DNA of 63,127 nt, the filler included, from Phoronis australis (Eukaryota > Animalia > Phoronida): the NCBI GenBank assembly GCA_002633005.1. It is 9 parts of 9 records of this genome, joined end to end, with 100 filler letters (N's around TTAATTAATTAA, not from the genome) between each part and the next. Parts side by side here need not be neighbours in the genome. Positions count along the whole stretch, not along the records: positions 23,471 to 43,015 come from NMRA01000039.1; 8 more parts are not named here. The stretch is one strand, 5' to 3'. The notes under the pieces were generated by a model. The model did no database searches, was not told the origin of the DNA, and was given only the letters and a program-made list of their open reading frames with translations. A program made the position numbers and the translations under genes. Within the stretch, counting starts at the first letter, position 1. Every line of letters begins with the position of its first letter. This document shows positions 24,494-36,849 of the stretch, piece by piece.

Positions 24494-27000
24494 ATGTCCT
24501 GTCCAGGGTCCCCAAAAGGTAAACCATGTACTGATACAGAACTGTTAAATGTTCACTTGAATTTTCTCTCATACTTCTTTTCTCGACTGCCCCTGCCCCC
24601 TTTTTTCGGTTGCCACGGTTTAACCCTGACGCCTGAAAATATTTGGGAGGCTCGTTCTCCCCCCGGCCCCCCTCCCCGCTTCCTACGGCCCTGGATCTTA
24701 TGTGTTGACTTTCAGCGCCATAAAATAGCGCCATTCAAGATTCAAGTGTTGTTCTTTCACAAGGTTGGCTTTTACACTAAATTTTAATGGTAGGTAAAGC
24801 ATGCTTTGGACTATACCGTTAAACTTGGAAAGCCGGCGTGGAGTCACCTACGTATTGGCACTGGGTCTCTGAGCGCATCTTTGGTTCATTGTATTCAAAA
24901 TATGTTTAAATCGTTGAGTTTGCAAACTTCGAACTAGGAACTAGTCCTCTTAACCACTCTCTGATTGGCTAAATTTCTCAGTTGAGCATTGAAGAACTGA
25001 AAACGCGTATTTTGTCAGAATTATAGGTATAGTCAACTTGAAACTTTAGGATAATTCAAGCAATCTTAACTTCAGGGAACACAAAGCTTTGGAAGCTTTC
25101 AAATGTTAACAAAGTCAGGTAAAACTTGTATTTTTCAACAGATATTCCATATTTTGTATCAGCAATTCCCACAAACACGATCTTGGAATTCCATACGACC
25201 CACCAGATAAAGCAATTTCAGAACATGACCTACTTGGTCTATCCAATGAGCTAAATAAACTCTGTATTTAGCTCATTGCTCTATCTCAGCTTAGGCCAGT
25301 GAAAAATTACCTTTGAAGCGCGTGCGTTTGGCGATACATTCTCGCTTGAACATGAGGTGAAATTTACGAAGCTTTGAAAAGCATAATATTGAGAAAAATT
25401 TCAGTCGTTCAAGGTGAGAATATGGTTCGTGAGTGGGTAATAATGTTTCCTAGATGCGAGTTATGTTCCCAGTATCAGTCACTTATGGCCCAGAGCTAAT
25501 TAGTAAGCCTTAAAAGATAAATTCTCGGATGGATTATTCGAATATGGCGTGCAGTAAAGTGAGTGGCCAAGTGGAGAAAAGAAATTGAATCTTTTATGCA
25601 TACGCCTGTATGATTTTAGGCTGATGAAAAACGGTTCCTGTTCCTTTAAAGGAATTCTGATAGAAAAAGATTGTCTCATTAGCAGGGAAAATGTTTCACA
25701 AGCATAGGGTTACGTCGTACGGAGAGTGACAAATTGTATCGAATGAGCGTGTTTGCCAACAATGTTTGCTGGATTGTGCAGGTATTTGAGCCGAGCAGCC
25801 AGCCCACGTTCGAATTCTGCGGTCTTTTAATTTGAAAGGGCTCAACAATTACCTAATTACAACAACTTGAATCCAAAGTGGGACATAATATCCCACCCTC
25901 CTGCAGGGATTCTCCGTGTCGCCCTGCACTGCTTAACATATGGCTTTGATGATTCCGTGTTTATTTTCAATAAATGTAAAGAACGAACCAAAGTCAAATT
26001 ACAACTGAATAACAAACTTTGATCGTAAATTTTTATATGTGCTCCGTGAGTCAGCTGGTACCCAAGCTAACTGAGATATACAGATATACAGGTACCATTT
26101 AAAATCACATCATAAATACATAGGTGTCCATTCAGACTAATTAACAGGTATATCAGTGAAAATGGCAGTGGGGCCTTTACTGACTTGCACCGTCAACTTG
26201 AGCTGCAGTGCTGTAGTGTAAAATTATAGGTAAGTAGGCGCCCATTGCCCACCGTATCACCTTGAACACTGAATTTTGAAAGTGCTTTGAATTCGCAAAA
26301 GCTGAATCGCAAACATTTATGCCTATTCTTTTACCCATGAGTGGGTGGGCAAAAACAATTTTAAAGGAAAATAAGTGCGTAACTACCAGAAACGATATGA
26401 AGGCGGCGTTTTTTATTTAGTCGCCCGTTGAGTGTGTCCTCGGGGCCCTTTATCCGCCTATGGTGTGACACCAAAATTAATCTAAAATTTCATTACTTGG
26501 TGAACATATGTTACGCTTCAAAAACTAATTACACAAACACGATGTTACATAACAACCGATGTTTCCATGAGCTTCAAATACTGTGTGTCCGGTGCAATGT
26601 GCACACGTGCATGCACTCACTGACCACTCCGAAGATAAATTGATTTATTTAATTGTTACAGAATCCCCCACAAACTTTTTTGTCGGCAGTCTTGTTCTTT
26701 TCTAAGTTACATGATTGGGCTGAGAACTGTCAGCAGTTCCGTTTTGTCGAATCGTCCACGTTTCGGAATAAGGTTGTGGGTCGAACATGGAAAGCGGGGT
26801 ACCATTGACCTTGCCAAACAGCAAACTGGGATTAGTACTATAATAGCAAAGAAGAGCTTTCGTCTGTTAGGCCTACTATCCGATTCATATCGCCGAATCC
26901 TCGCTCACATTCAGCTGTACTGCAAGGAAGAGTCAAAGAAAGCTAGAGTGTTTTAATGAGCCGGTCAAATCACACGACCAGTTGTTTCACCCAGGGTGTT
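24494..27000 (+). pseudogene. Decayed TLR paralogue R1 (LRRNT to TIR)
   Basis: Collinear frameshifted motifs against the intact TLR: SFGSFQMLTK (25085) vs AFGIEMEKLTG; ISHPPAGILR (25888) vs LRDIPPGILK; NKC vs NRC; FGIRLWV (26762) vs FGLKLCI; KSFRLLGLLSDSY vs NSRYIILLITKSF; KARVF vs KTKVF. Confidence 0.65.
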
Positions 27001-27734
27001 TGCTGTGCCATAGAATACTCAAACGTGCAACAAAGCAACATTCGAGAGTAACAAACATGTCGTCAGCAGAAACTGAAACAGCAGATAAATAATTTCAAAC
27101 TGTGTTCAACTCAGCGTGTGCCTAAATGGAGATTGTTTTATCAATAAAACAATTGTTTAAGTATGTATTTTAACGCGAAATTACCTTTTTAATACCCTAG
27201 GCACAAAATTTGTTGGCCTAAACTCACGTTAAATCATAGTGTTACTGTGGGTACGAAATCTAGGCAACATGAGCTGATGATTTGCTACGTGTATCCCCGT
27301 CAGTGCTTCAACCACCCTAGTAATATGGGGGTTTGACGAGGCATGCTCCATCCTTCAGTATTCAGTACACAATTACAGTTGTGCTTTTAGGGCCGATAAT
27401 TAAACATTTGAATTACGTCACTGGCCATTTTATCAATAACAATAATACATTCATTATTTTGACTTGTGCAGAGTAAATATGAATTATAAGAGCAATTGGT
27501 TTACTTATTGATAAAGACACTAAACTTGGCGTCGATGCAATACCACTGACCTAGACATCTTAGAAAACTTCACAGAAAAAATGTTTTAACTCATGCGTGG
27601 ATGACGGATAACCGAGCTTTTGATGGTTTAAAAAGAATGTCTTACTCCCTCGCACCAAATGACCTAATATCATCGAACTCGATTTCTCACTTCAGTTATT
27701 ACATTGGCTTCGTCCAGAATGAACCCGTTAACCG

Positions 27735-27999
27735 TCACGGAATATATAATGGAGGGTCAATCACGAGGCTGTCACGCAAGCGCTGCCAAAACTGTTCCTG
27801 TCCCAGCGTGTCGTCTGGCCACTCCAAGTAAACGTTGTCTCTCATCATATTCTGAAGAGTTCTGGGCGCGGTGCTCAAAACATCATCAGGCAAGTTTTCC
27901 AGGATAAGGATGACGAGTCGGCTTCGATTTTCTTCACAGAACACCTTGGTTTTAGCGATGAAGAACTCGTAGATGCACCATTGACTTCTTATGAAACTC
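27735..27999 (-). CDS. TLR: Toll-like receptor exon 2 (C-terminal half of TIR)
   Basis: tttttgaag|G AGT TTC, encoding (K)SFIRSQWCIYEFFIA...LVILILE...YLEWP...FWQRLRDSL...stop. The phase matches exon 1. Confidence 0.95.
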
Positions 28000-28646
28000 C
28001 TTCAAAAACAAACACAAAGCCAAGCTTAAAAATAGATTACTAAAAAGTTCTACTGTCGGTCAAATTTTAGGATCAAGTCATGGAGTTTCCTGATGAAACT
28101 GTCATCATTCTGCGTGTGATACCAGAACGATTAGGTCTGTCGATTTGAAAGCATGCCTCCTGATTGCACACGAAATGAGAGAAGATATTAGTGCAAAGGT
28201 GCTCTCTGAAAGCGCTATTGTGTACGCCAACATAAGATAAAAATTGGTGTCTGTTGGATTTGACCAATTCTGTGCGTCTGATTAACTAACGTACGTGTTT
28301 CCACCACTGCAATCATTCCGTACAAGTCTGAACAGCAGACAGTGATCTTAGTTTCCTCTATTGTTGGAGCAGTCCTTTTGTTGGTAAATTTATCGAATGA
28401 ATTTCCCGGCAAACTTAGTATTTTACGTTAATTCATCACGGGTTATGCGACCAGAGATCAGTGCATAACGAAATGTGCCTCTCAAACGTTATGATTTGTC
28501 ATCAACTGCACTTTGTAGCTATATCCGTTAATAATCAAAAATGAGAGAGTCTAAATCTATCCATTGCACAGTGTCCACGATATCAAATACCTTTCTTTTA
28601 CAACGCGTTGGCTTACAGCAGCATGTTGGTTATTCAATATACTTAC
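28000..28646 (+). pseudogene. TLR intron (minus strand GT-AG, 647 bp) whose plus strand is a decayed antisense copy of the TLR last LRR-LRRCT-TM-TIR segment
   Basis: Plus-strand KNRL, SACD, LLC...LLDL, TM-like VILVSSIVGAVLLLV, KRYD and YNALAYSSMLVIQYT lie at distances from 28646 that roughly mirror SNRI, SRCE, LYC...LLDF, TM, TYD and NDAIVNSRYIILLIT in exon 1. Confidence 0.55.
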
Positions 28647-30940
28647 TTTGTGATGAGTAGAATGATATATCTGCTGTTCACAATTGCATCATTAATGCAC
28701 TCGACTATTGGAAGTCCCAACGGGAAATCACGGTAATATATGCACAGTTTTAATCCGAACCCTTCATCGCCCTCCACAGCCCTGTGTATGCGTTCCACCC
28801 AAGCAACGTCCTCGCTGCTGTGACATACAAAGGCGTCGTATGTGTATTGTACAGATGGTAGACGGTGATATTTTCGCCTCCCGGCGTGAATGAGCCAAAA
28901 ACGAATGGTCCATCGCCTGCGGTATGCTACTCCTATACAAACTGTCAAAATGGCTATTGCAGACATGATGGATAAAGACAACCAAATCCACAAAGTTGGG
29001 GTGCATCTATTTTGCAAAGTATTAAAACGAAAGTCTAAAAGTCGTACTGCAGATTTCCGAGAGCAATAAAGAGTGCGGCTGTCTAGTATGCTCTTTTCTT
29101 TTCGAATGTCATCGTGGTCTGTAAGCCAGTGTAAAAACACAAGAATTTCACATCTGCTACAGTTGTACGGGTTGTCAGCCAGCAGAACTGTTATGTTTCC
29201 TCTGTACAGCGACTTAAGAAATGTGTTGCTTAGATACTGAATTCTGTTTGATGTCATGTCTGCTACTTCTAAGGCAGTCAGGTTGTCAAAATGAACGAAA
29301 CCGTCCGTCAGGAAGTTTCTTGAGAGATCCAAAATCGCCATAGTTCCGTGTTTTAATGCAGGTAAAGAAACAAGGCGGTTATTTCGCAAGATGACTTTAC
29401 TGAGATTCTTCAGATAGATGAAAGTGTTGACGTGAAGTCCATAAATTCCGTTATCGGACAGGTCGATCGTACTTACATTTGTCATGTTTTGGAAAATAGC
29501 ACCGTATTTATCTGAAGCAAGTTTATCTGCTAACAAATTGCCAGACAGAATCAATGTTTTTAGACTTGTCATGTTTTTTAGGATTCCAGGCGGGATATCC
29601 CTTAACTCGTTGAATCCCAGGTTTAAAATTTCCACGTGATTACCTCCGACTATCTGGCGGGTAACTGGGAACACCGTAAATCTATTCCACGACACGTCAA
29701 GGATTTTAAGCTTGTTTTTCATAACAAAAATACTTGTCACGAAGCTTTGTGAGAAAAAGGACCCCTTGCAATATAATTCCTCGAGATTTCGTGGGAGTGC
29801 AAATTTAACGTCCATGCGCGCTCGTGCTCCTTTAGCTATCGAACTCTTTTGTTTAGTGAAATATCTTCTTTCTAGAGTGTTCCTGGCACCGCTAATGTCA
29901 AGCACTGCTAAATATCGCAGGCGTATCAAATCTAGATACATATCCTTGTAACGCCGTAATTGCACTGTCATGTAGTAAAGGAAAAAAGGATTTCTCCTTA
30001 AAGACAGATATCGCAATTTTGGTAAATACTTATGAAACTTCCACGCAAAATCGGATATATAATCATCGTTAAAGGAAAGGTTCTCGATTGGCAAATGAGA
30101 AAGCATTTTAAGATTGTCTAGAGTGAAATTAAAACGGCGATGTGCATTGTTTAAGCTTTCAAGTAGCAGTCTTTTTAATGGAGACCTGATTTGAGATACG
30201 AGTGGCAATATTGTCTTCAAACTTGTCGACCGGTGGTCCCTGATTTCGACCTCCTCAAGTGATGGCAGATTGTCGAACGCACTGTTGTGTATGGTGGTAA
30301 AAGAGCAATTTTTTAGGCTCACGGACTTGATCGAAATGTTCCCTAAAGACAGGAAAATACTTTTTTCAAAGTTCGACGAATATCCATGTTTGAACTTTAT
30401 TTCTCTAAGCCCAGTCAACTTTTCCATTTCTATCCCAAATGCGGCATTGTTGACTAAGGAAACAGTGAGAACTTCGAGATTACCAAGGGCTTTTAACGTT
30501 CTATTTGGATACCAGTGAGCATCTATTTCCTTTCCACTAATGTCCAAATTCTTTAGGTTGACAAGCTCAGCCATGGTTTCCCCATTCATTACATCGTAGC
30601 TTATCCTGTTGTCGGAGACATTAAGTACTTCCAAGTTCTGAAGTCCAGTGAAGACTCCTTTTTCGATACGTCGAATGCGATTGTTTGAGAGATCTAAAAC
30701 ACGCAAGTTCGTCAAATTTTCGAATACATATGACGGTATATCTGTTATGAGGTTCGCACTCAAATTGAGACGTGTGTAGCGATTGATAATATCTTTTGGG
30801 ATAGATCGGAGACTTGAGTGTGAGCAGTCGAGAAGCAAATTCGTTTCTTTACATCCGTTCGGTAAAGACAGCGAATATTTTCTTCCGTGGCTGAGCACAA
30901 TGAAGAAGACAATGAGTGGAAGGAAGCGTCCCATGGACAT
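28647..30940 (-). CDS. TLR: Toll-like receptor exon 1: signal peptide, LRRNT, LRR ectodomain, single LRRCT, TM and N-terminal half of TIR (spliced protein about 852 aa)
   Basis: ATG at 30940 or 30934 with signal peptide MGRFLPLIVFFIVLSHG, many LxxLxLxxN repeats, LRRCT NPYNCSRC, TM LWIWLSLSIMSAIAILTVCIGVAY, TIR box 1 YDAFVCHS and donor ACA AA|gtaagt. A likely 5' UTR acceptor tattttgtcag lies at 30969. Confidence 0.95.
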
Positions 30941-31254
30941 CTTGCTTTTCACGGTAAGTGAACCTGATCTGACAAAATACAATGAACTATAGTTTGATAC
31001 AAGCAAGTCAGTCAAATGGCGGCATTTGGCAACAAAATTTATCTTAAAGCCTCATGCAGAGTCAAATCTTAGGCCAAATTCAAACAGAAATTGTACAGCA
31101 TTACGGTGCAGTATTTGATCACAGGAACAATTGTTCAACTTTAATTGGTTCCTAAAGCAATTACGTAGAATTACGTACAATTTTGAATGCTCGTTTTTTG
31201 ACAAATTCCGAAAACGGTTCCATTCGGTAACTGACGTTACTCTAGACTAAACCG

Positions 31255-31575
31255 CCTATAAACCCACCTTCCACTCTCAAAAAAGAACTTTTGATTTACA
31301 CCACGTACGTTATAAGATTGGTCTCAAATTGTTCTTTAGTCAGATCGGACGGAGTTACGGGCTTGAGCTAGCAGCAAGTCACTGCTCAAAACAAGGCTCT
31401 ATAAGCTGGCTTGTCATTATATCATTTTATTCGCCCGAGCATGAACTCTAGTCCGTCAGTTCTTCACAAATCCAAAGACCATTGACTAAGGAGCAAGTTG
31501 AGACCAAATGTGCAGCGGTCTGGTCTAGTCAAAAGTTCGCTTATTGGACCGAGAGCGGGCTGATAGTCTCTTTAA
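31255..31575. mobile_element. Fold-back element of the 490-790 family, abutting the Kolobok element at a shared TTAA
   Basis: Internal inverted repeat TTGGTCTCAAATTGTTCTTTAGTCA / TGACTAAGGAGCAAGTTGAGACCAA. Confidence 0.65.
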
Positions 31576-32867
31576 AGAGTTCCCACCATGCATTTTCTTA
31601 CTTTTTCAGGTTTCAGTTAGCTAATATGAATCGAATACCATAAAATCTTGCTAAATAGGCACTTTTTATGCCAAATAGTGGCAACTTTTTTAATTTTGAA
31701 GAAAAATTACTTATTTCTAAGTTTCCCGCCAAATGATGCAATGGGTGGAAGACGGTTGGCCGCTTGACAATCATTTGCAATGTCGGAACACTGCAGGTCA
31801 GAAGACATTGACAATATTAGGCGAGCATTGGACAATTATTATGCCGACAGAGAGGAGAGTGGATACGGGCACTTATACTCAAGTACTTGAAGAATCAGAC
31901 AATGAATTCGATTTCCCATTTAGCGAACTTTCGTCGGGTTTCAGGCCGTATGAACTCGACCCATTTGCACGAGAAATGACATATGTGAGCCACAACCAAC
32001 TGGTGGTCACTACTCACAAAATAGACACTTAATAATTACTGACAAAGGCCACAGCCAACCTGGGTTACTCGTATTCACTATTGCCGTGATAGAATGAGCA
32101 CAGTCTAAACACAATATGCATAAGCCTACTTGTAGTAGCACTCGATCTGGGCCGGGGTCCAGGGCCTGGCATCACTCGCCCTAGAATGGAAGCAGTTTGT
32201 TCGTTATTTACAAAATTTGCAAATGCACTTACTTGGTGGTGAGTCCTTCATTGTAACGCCGCTTATGTGTGTGGTCGAAACACGATTCTTTGAAATGTGC
32301 CGATCAAAGTGTGGCTTACGCCAAACTGAATCTCATGTTCCACACTGACCCTCCACACTCTTGTTCGGCGCACAATCATGGGTGGCGCAGCACTGAAAAA
32401 AGTGGGGGCTAAACCCCTCCCAGCCCTCCTGTGCTGCACCGCCTATAGACCATGGGCGGCTTAGCCCTGAAAAAGTGGGGGGCTATAGCCCTACCCTAAG
32501 CCCCTATGGTGCGCCGCCCATGACAAACCGATGCCGTTTTTGTGCAACTTTCACGTATTTAGAAAATTTGAACACTAAGACGTTCACAGTCAAGTTGTTG
32601 TTACCACAGTTTCCACAAACGCACCTATTCATGTCTGAAAAAGACGGCTCCACGCGGACTTTCTTCACAACTCCTCAGTATCGCACTGGTAAAACAACAA
32701 CGGCTGAGGCGGTCTTCCACCCATTGCGTACAAACTCGATAACAGAAAAATATATTTTTAAAATTTTTAGATTGTTTCGTAGCAACAGGTGTACTAAAGG
32801 CTATTAAATCTGTTAAGATGTAATAATAAAATTCCTTTTTGAGACACAGGGTCATGGTGGGAACTCT
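31576..32867 (-). mobile_element. Internally deleted Kolobok-like DNA transposon with a THAP-domain remnant and a convergent second-ORF remnant
   Basis: Perfect 15-bp TIR AGAGTTCCCACCATG with TTAA on both sides. Minus strand MNRCVCGNCGN...VFKFSK..KVAQKRHRFV/RRTRVW...ATL*SAHFKESCF. Plus strand ESDNEFD...FRPYELDPFAR. Confidence 0.85.
32377..32522. mobile_element. Small double-hairpin MITE inserted in the THAP remnant
   Basis: CATGGG(T/C)GGC...GCCGCCCATG termini interrupt FV|RRTR, with flanks ACAA(T)/ACAA(A). Confidence 0.7.
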
Positions 32868-32899
32868 TTAATGTATCAAAACAATGCTCTAAGTTATAC

Positions 32900-35400
32900 A
32901 TGTATGAGGCGATGTTCGGCGATAAAGCCGATTGACTTCTATTGTGATGGCTTAGAATGTTCGGGCGATTTTTATCGGGTTCGAGTAGTAGGTTCCAACT
33001 GTGAACCTAAATCTAAGCCGCAATTGGTTCTGGTGCCTAACTTGAGTTTCAGAACCAAAAATGACGATAACTGCGGCAGTGTCAGTCGAATCATATGGCG
33101 TTTAAAGTCGGCTACAAATGCTCCACCGGGACAGTTTAAACAGTATTTTTGACGAACGAGTGTGGCTCCGCTGTCTGAAAAGCTATTAAACAGGTGACGG
33201 TAAGCAAACATTCTTGAAATGGTGTTCCATGGTCTCAGCTAAGATTATAAATTAGTGCAAACCAGAGGTTACATGTCCTACGATATTAGCAAAGCTTAAT
33301 TTTTGCATGAGACCGAATTACACAGTGACATTCGAATTTCGCTGAATTAACTTGCAATGCCGCAAAAAATCGTTAGTATGATTTATATTTTTGGTGTGCA
33401 TTACATCCAATGCCAACGAAGTATTACAGCGGTGCTGTGGGTTCTAACTCCAACTGGATAAGGCAGGATAATTGGACAAATATCAGTGGATGCGTGACGT
33501 GAGGTGCTCTGTCTCCTCTATCAAAGACAAGAAAAAACGGAGGGAGTGGACAAAGCAATTTGTCAGGTTAATTTCTTGAAAATACCGTTCGCGTGAAATA
33601 GGGAATAATTCTACTGCCACAAACAACTCAAGTCAGAATGTGCTGACATTTCAAACCATGGACAATGAAAACAACAGGCTTCCTTACCTCTGGGACAAAG
33701 GAGACTTCTATTGCGAAGTCCGGGACGACCCGGCTAGACATCTATTACCCCGATGATGGGAGGACGCAGGCCTTCACTAACCTATGCTATTAACCACGAC
33801 AGAACCGTACAAAACATCAACTCAACAAAACGTTCGTCGTAATGCCCGTTTTAATGCTTCAGTCAAGAGTGCTACGAAGTATTGACTTATGAAGTAATCG
33901 TGAGTTATTGAATCAGTCAACGGGTGAGACAGTTGCTGAAAGTGACTGAAGAGTTAATCACACGTCAAGACTTCAGTTTGCAGCATTGACTGTCAGCATG
34001 CGAACATTACCGCATACAGTACTTCGGATGTTTTGTTTGAGTGGGCTTGTACGCTGACGTACTGTGACTGAGAAAAATTAAATGTTTGCACCGATTGGCA
34101 ATTTCTCACCCTGATGCCTTACACACTCGTTAACCTTGCAATAAAAGCACCACTGTGGGTTGCTGAGACCATTTTAGCTCGGAAACTCGTCAGCATTGTT
34201 GTTGTATAAAATGATATGCACACCGCTAACTTAGGGTTGCTTTTGTTGAATACCACGCTCTAATGCGTCCAGCATTGAAAAGCAAATTTCCTACCTTGAT
34301 AGTTTAAGATTACCACTAGGTCAAATTTCTTCAGGTTTCCTTGATATAGGCTACTGTGTAGTCATATGTTTTACAAATCTTAAATGTGAAGTTCCGCTTA
34401 AATGTAAAAATGTAGGCCCTATCTACATGTAGCATCCATATGAGAATTCAGGATGGGTCCCTTGATTTAGTGATGTAAATATAGAATTTCCAAATTGTTG
34501 ACTTGGACACCCCATTTTTAAAAAATCCTTGATTCGAATCCCACTTTTTAAAAGATCATGGATCCGCCCCTGAGACCTGTTGTAACATGTGAGATTTTTT
34601 ATACCATTTTGTAACTCACAGAGATCGCCGAACGTCAATTCCATGAACGTCATTTTTGGCGTAAAACCAGCTGCATGTACTTCTCTAATATTACCTATAA
34701 ACTGCTTGCACCAGCCAAGGGGGAGCGGGCCTCCTGCCCCCCCCCTCTAAATCCGCGTAGCTGCATATAGTATCGTAGCTGCGTAGTGAATTTGCATTGT
34801 GGTGTATCTGCATGGCGTTAGCGTTAGTAGTGTCGATAGTTGTAATAGTTCAGGTAGCAGTAGCTGTAGTGGTAGTGCCTAGTGTTATCAGAACTGGTAG
34901 TGGTAAGTGGTAGTAGTAATGGTAGTAGGCCCTATATAGTGTTAGAGTAGTGGTAGTGGTAGCGATAACGATAGTAGTAGTGGCAGTGGTAGTGGTTGCG
35001 ATAGGAGTAGTACCTAGTGATAGCGGTAGTATTAGTTCTCTTGGCAGTGTTGGTGTTAGCGGTCATGCCGTGAATAACACGCTGACATGGAAAACACGCA
35101 TTTCTAACGACATTCGGGATGTTTCACCGCTGGTCCGATCTGAGCGGCTTTTACCAGAGCGCGGCGCCCGAGTCAGACACAGTTGTGATGACCGCATTGT
35201 CCGGTGCGAGCACTGCCCAATTATAAAAGCGTAATTACCCGGCCATAAACTATAGTACACATCTCTGCCTGTACGTACTGGCGAAAAACAAGGTGGGCAG
35301 CTGAAAAAACAGCTATGTACTAATAAGATATTAACTACAAACTTTGGTAACGATTGAAGATAAACGACCATGCGTATTGATATACTCGGAGGATTTACAA
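32900..35400 (+). pseudogene. Decayed TLR paralogue R2 (mid-LRR to TIR), interrupted by an LTR-like fragment, MITEs and (GTA)n
   Basis: NLSF...NDD vs NLSFNDD; PTILAKLNF vs PRNLEELYC; LTFQTMDNENNRLPYL (33643) vs LTALEVADMTSNRIQYL; PLWV vs TLWI; DDRIVRC vs NDAIVNS; VITR...CLYVLAKNKV (35231-35295) vs LITK...CIYEFFIAKTKV. Confidence 0.65.
34800..35060. repeat. Degenerate (GTA/GTG)n low-complexity tract
   Basis: Visible trinucleotide periodicity. Confidence 0.85.
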
Positions 35401-36637
35401 ACGCTGATCATAATTAACAATACAATATGGAATATACTTTTAGTATACAACTAAGATACATTACAACAAATAGAAACAATACAGAATTAGTTGTCAAATG
35501 TTCTTAAGACATCGCAGTGCAGGTCGAATTATTTTATTTGAGGAGTAGTACGCTTACCGGAAAACTGATAATTATTCACAAAAATGCCCCATGCTGACGG
35601 TAATCAGCTGGTGAAGGAATACGTATAAGGACCGACTTTGGCCAGCTTTAAGGTCAACGAGAAAATACAAGCAGTAGGGACGACTTCACAATTAATTTGA
35701 TTTCTAGGTTTCGCTAGCGATCAAAATCTACCACTGTTTTGGTACTTTAAGCTTAAGAATAAACCAAAAAGACAGTAACCCGTTACCGATCGGCAAGAAA
35801 AAACAAGTAAGCCTAGACTAGGGCATTAAAATAAAATAAAGAGAACAGGTATGAAACATGTTTAAAACCAACGTTCCTTTGGGAAGTGGCCCTTACTCTT
35901 ATGAAGCTAAATATAATGACCTGGTTTGAACAGATAACGAATTATCAGATAATGTCATTGTCGCTAGTGCTGGCGATATTGGAAAAAAAAACAGTTATTG
36001 CAAGGCCGCCTCCTTACTTATTATGTGATCAAATGTGCGCATGAGTAAAAAGTGTTGCTGTGCTACTTTCCTGTAAGAAACGCCACATACATGTACAGAG
36101 TACAGGTGGTATTACCCGTTTTCGTCACTTCTCCAGGACAAATAACGTTGTGTTTGACATTTTTGCGCGAGTAGGCTTGCTTTCATTTGTTGATGGCTGA
36201 AATGAAAGATGACAGAGACCTACCTCTATTTACAGCCTACCAACAGTTACAACTGTTCACACCATGAGCAGGATCTGAAAGTGAAGCCAAAAATACATTT
36301 CACATTAGTATAGTGTTCGCCCTAACAAAAGTCACTACACGCATAACACGTAGGCGTACTTCCTCACGTCACACGTCACTAAATTCAGGTAAATGCCGCA
36401 GTAACATGACGACTCTCTTTCATTTACTATCTCTACTAAAGTGATATTATTATTTAATGGTAGTACAAACTTCGACATTTTTCTCAATGAATTTTTCTTA
36501 AGCAATGTTAATTCTTATGCATCGCTTATAAATCATGTTGCATCTGATTTCCATGTCAGTACATGTTTTTGTTTTTGATATTTTCGTAATAACATATCTA
36601 AATATAGTTATATTAAATACTACTTACACGTATATAG

Positions 36638-36640
<3 letters not shown>

Positions 36641-36678
<38 letters not shown>

Positions 36679-36687
36679 CACACACAC
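36641..36687. repeat. (TA)n/(CA)n microsatellite. Other simple repeats at 10875-10890, 36950-36976, 37301-37383, 51300-51318, 51539-51590 and 51885-52000
   Basis: Direct inspection. Confidence 0.9.
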
Positions 36688-36849
36688 TACTTTCGCCTAT
36701 GTACAGCCCAGATATAATGCTTCGCGATTTCTGGGTTTGTCATTATTTTCCTTGTATGTTCTGAGTATTCTTCAATAAATTTATATCATCTTTAAAAAGA
36801 TTCTCTTTCAATTGAGTGTTTTCTTTTTAACCATAGCGTATATCGCATT

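Noticed and set aside
29712-30992. Plus-strand ORFs overlapping the TLR, Elk and LINE ORFs
   Set aside because: Antisense shadows of real coding sequence.
30941-31015. N-terminal extension of the 790-aa ORF, and its stop at 28643
   Set aside because: The extension starts at TTG and contains a likely splice acceptor, and the signal peptide begins at ATG 30940/30934. The stop lies inside the intron.
33640-33700. Penelope RT-like motif (FQTMDNENNRLPYL resembles FTMExExNxLPFLD)
   Set aside because: It is better explained as the last LRR of TLR relic R2, given collinear TLR motifs on both sides.
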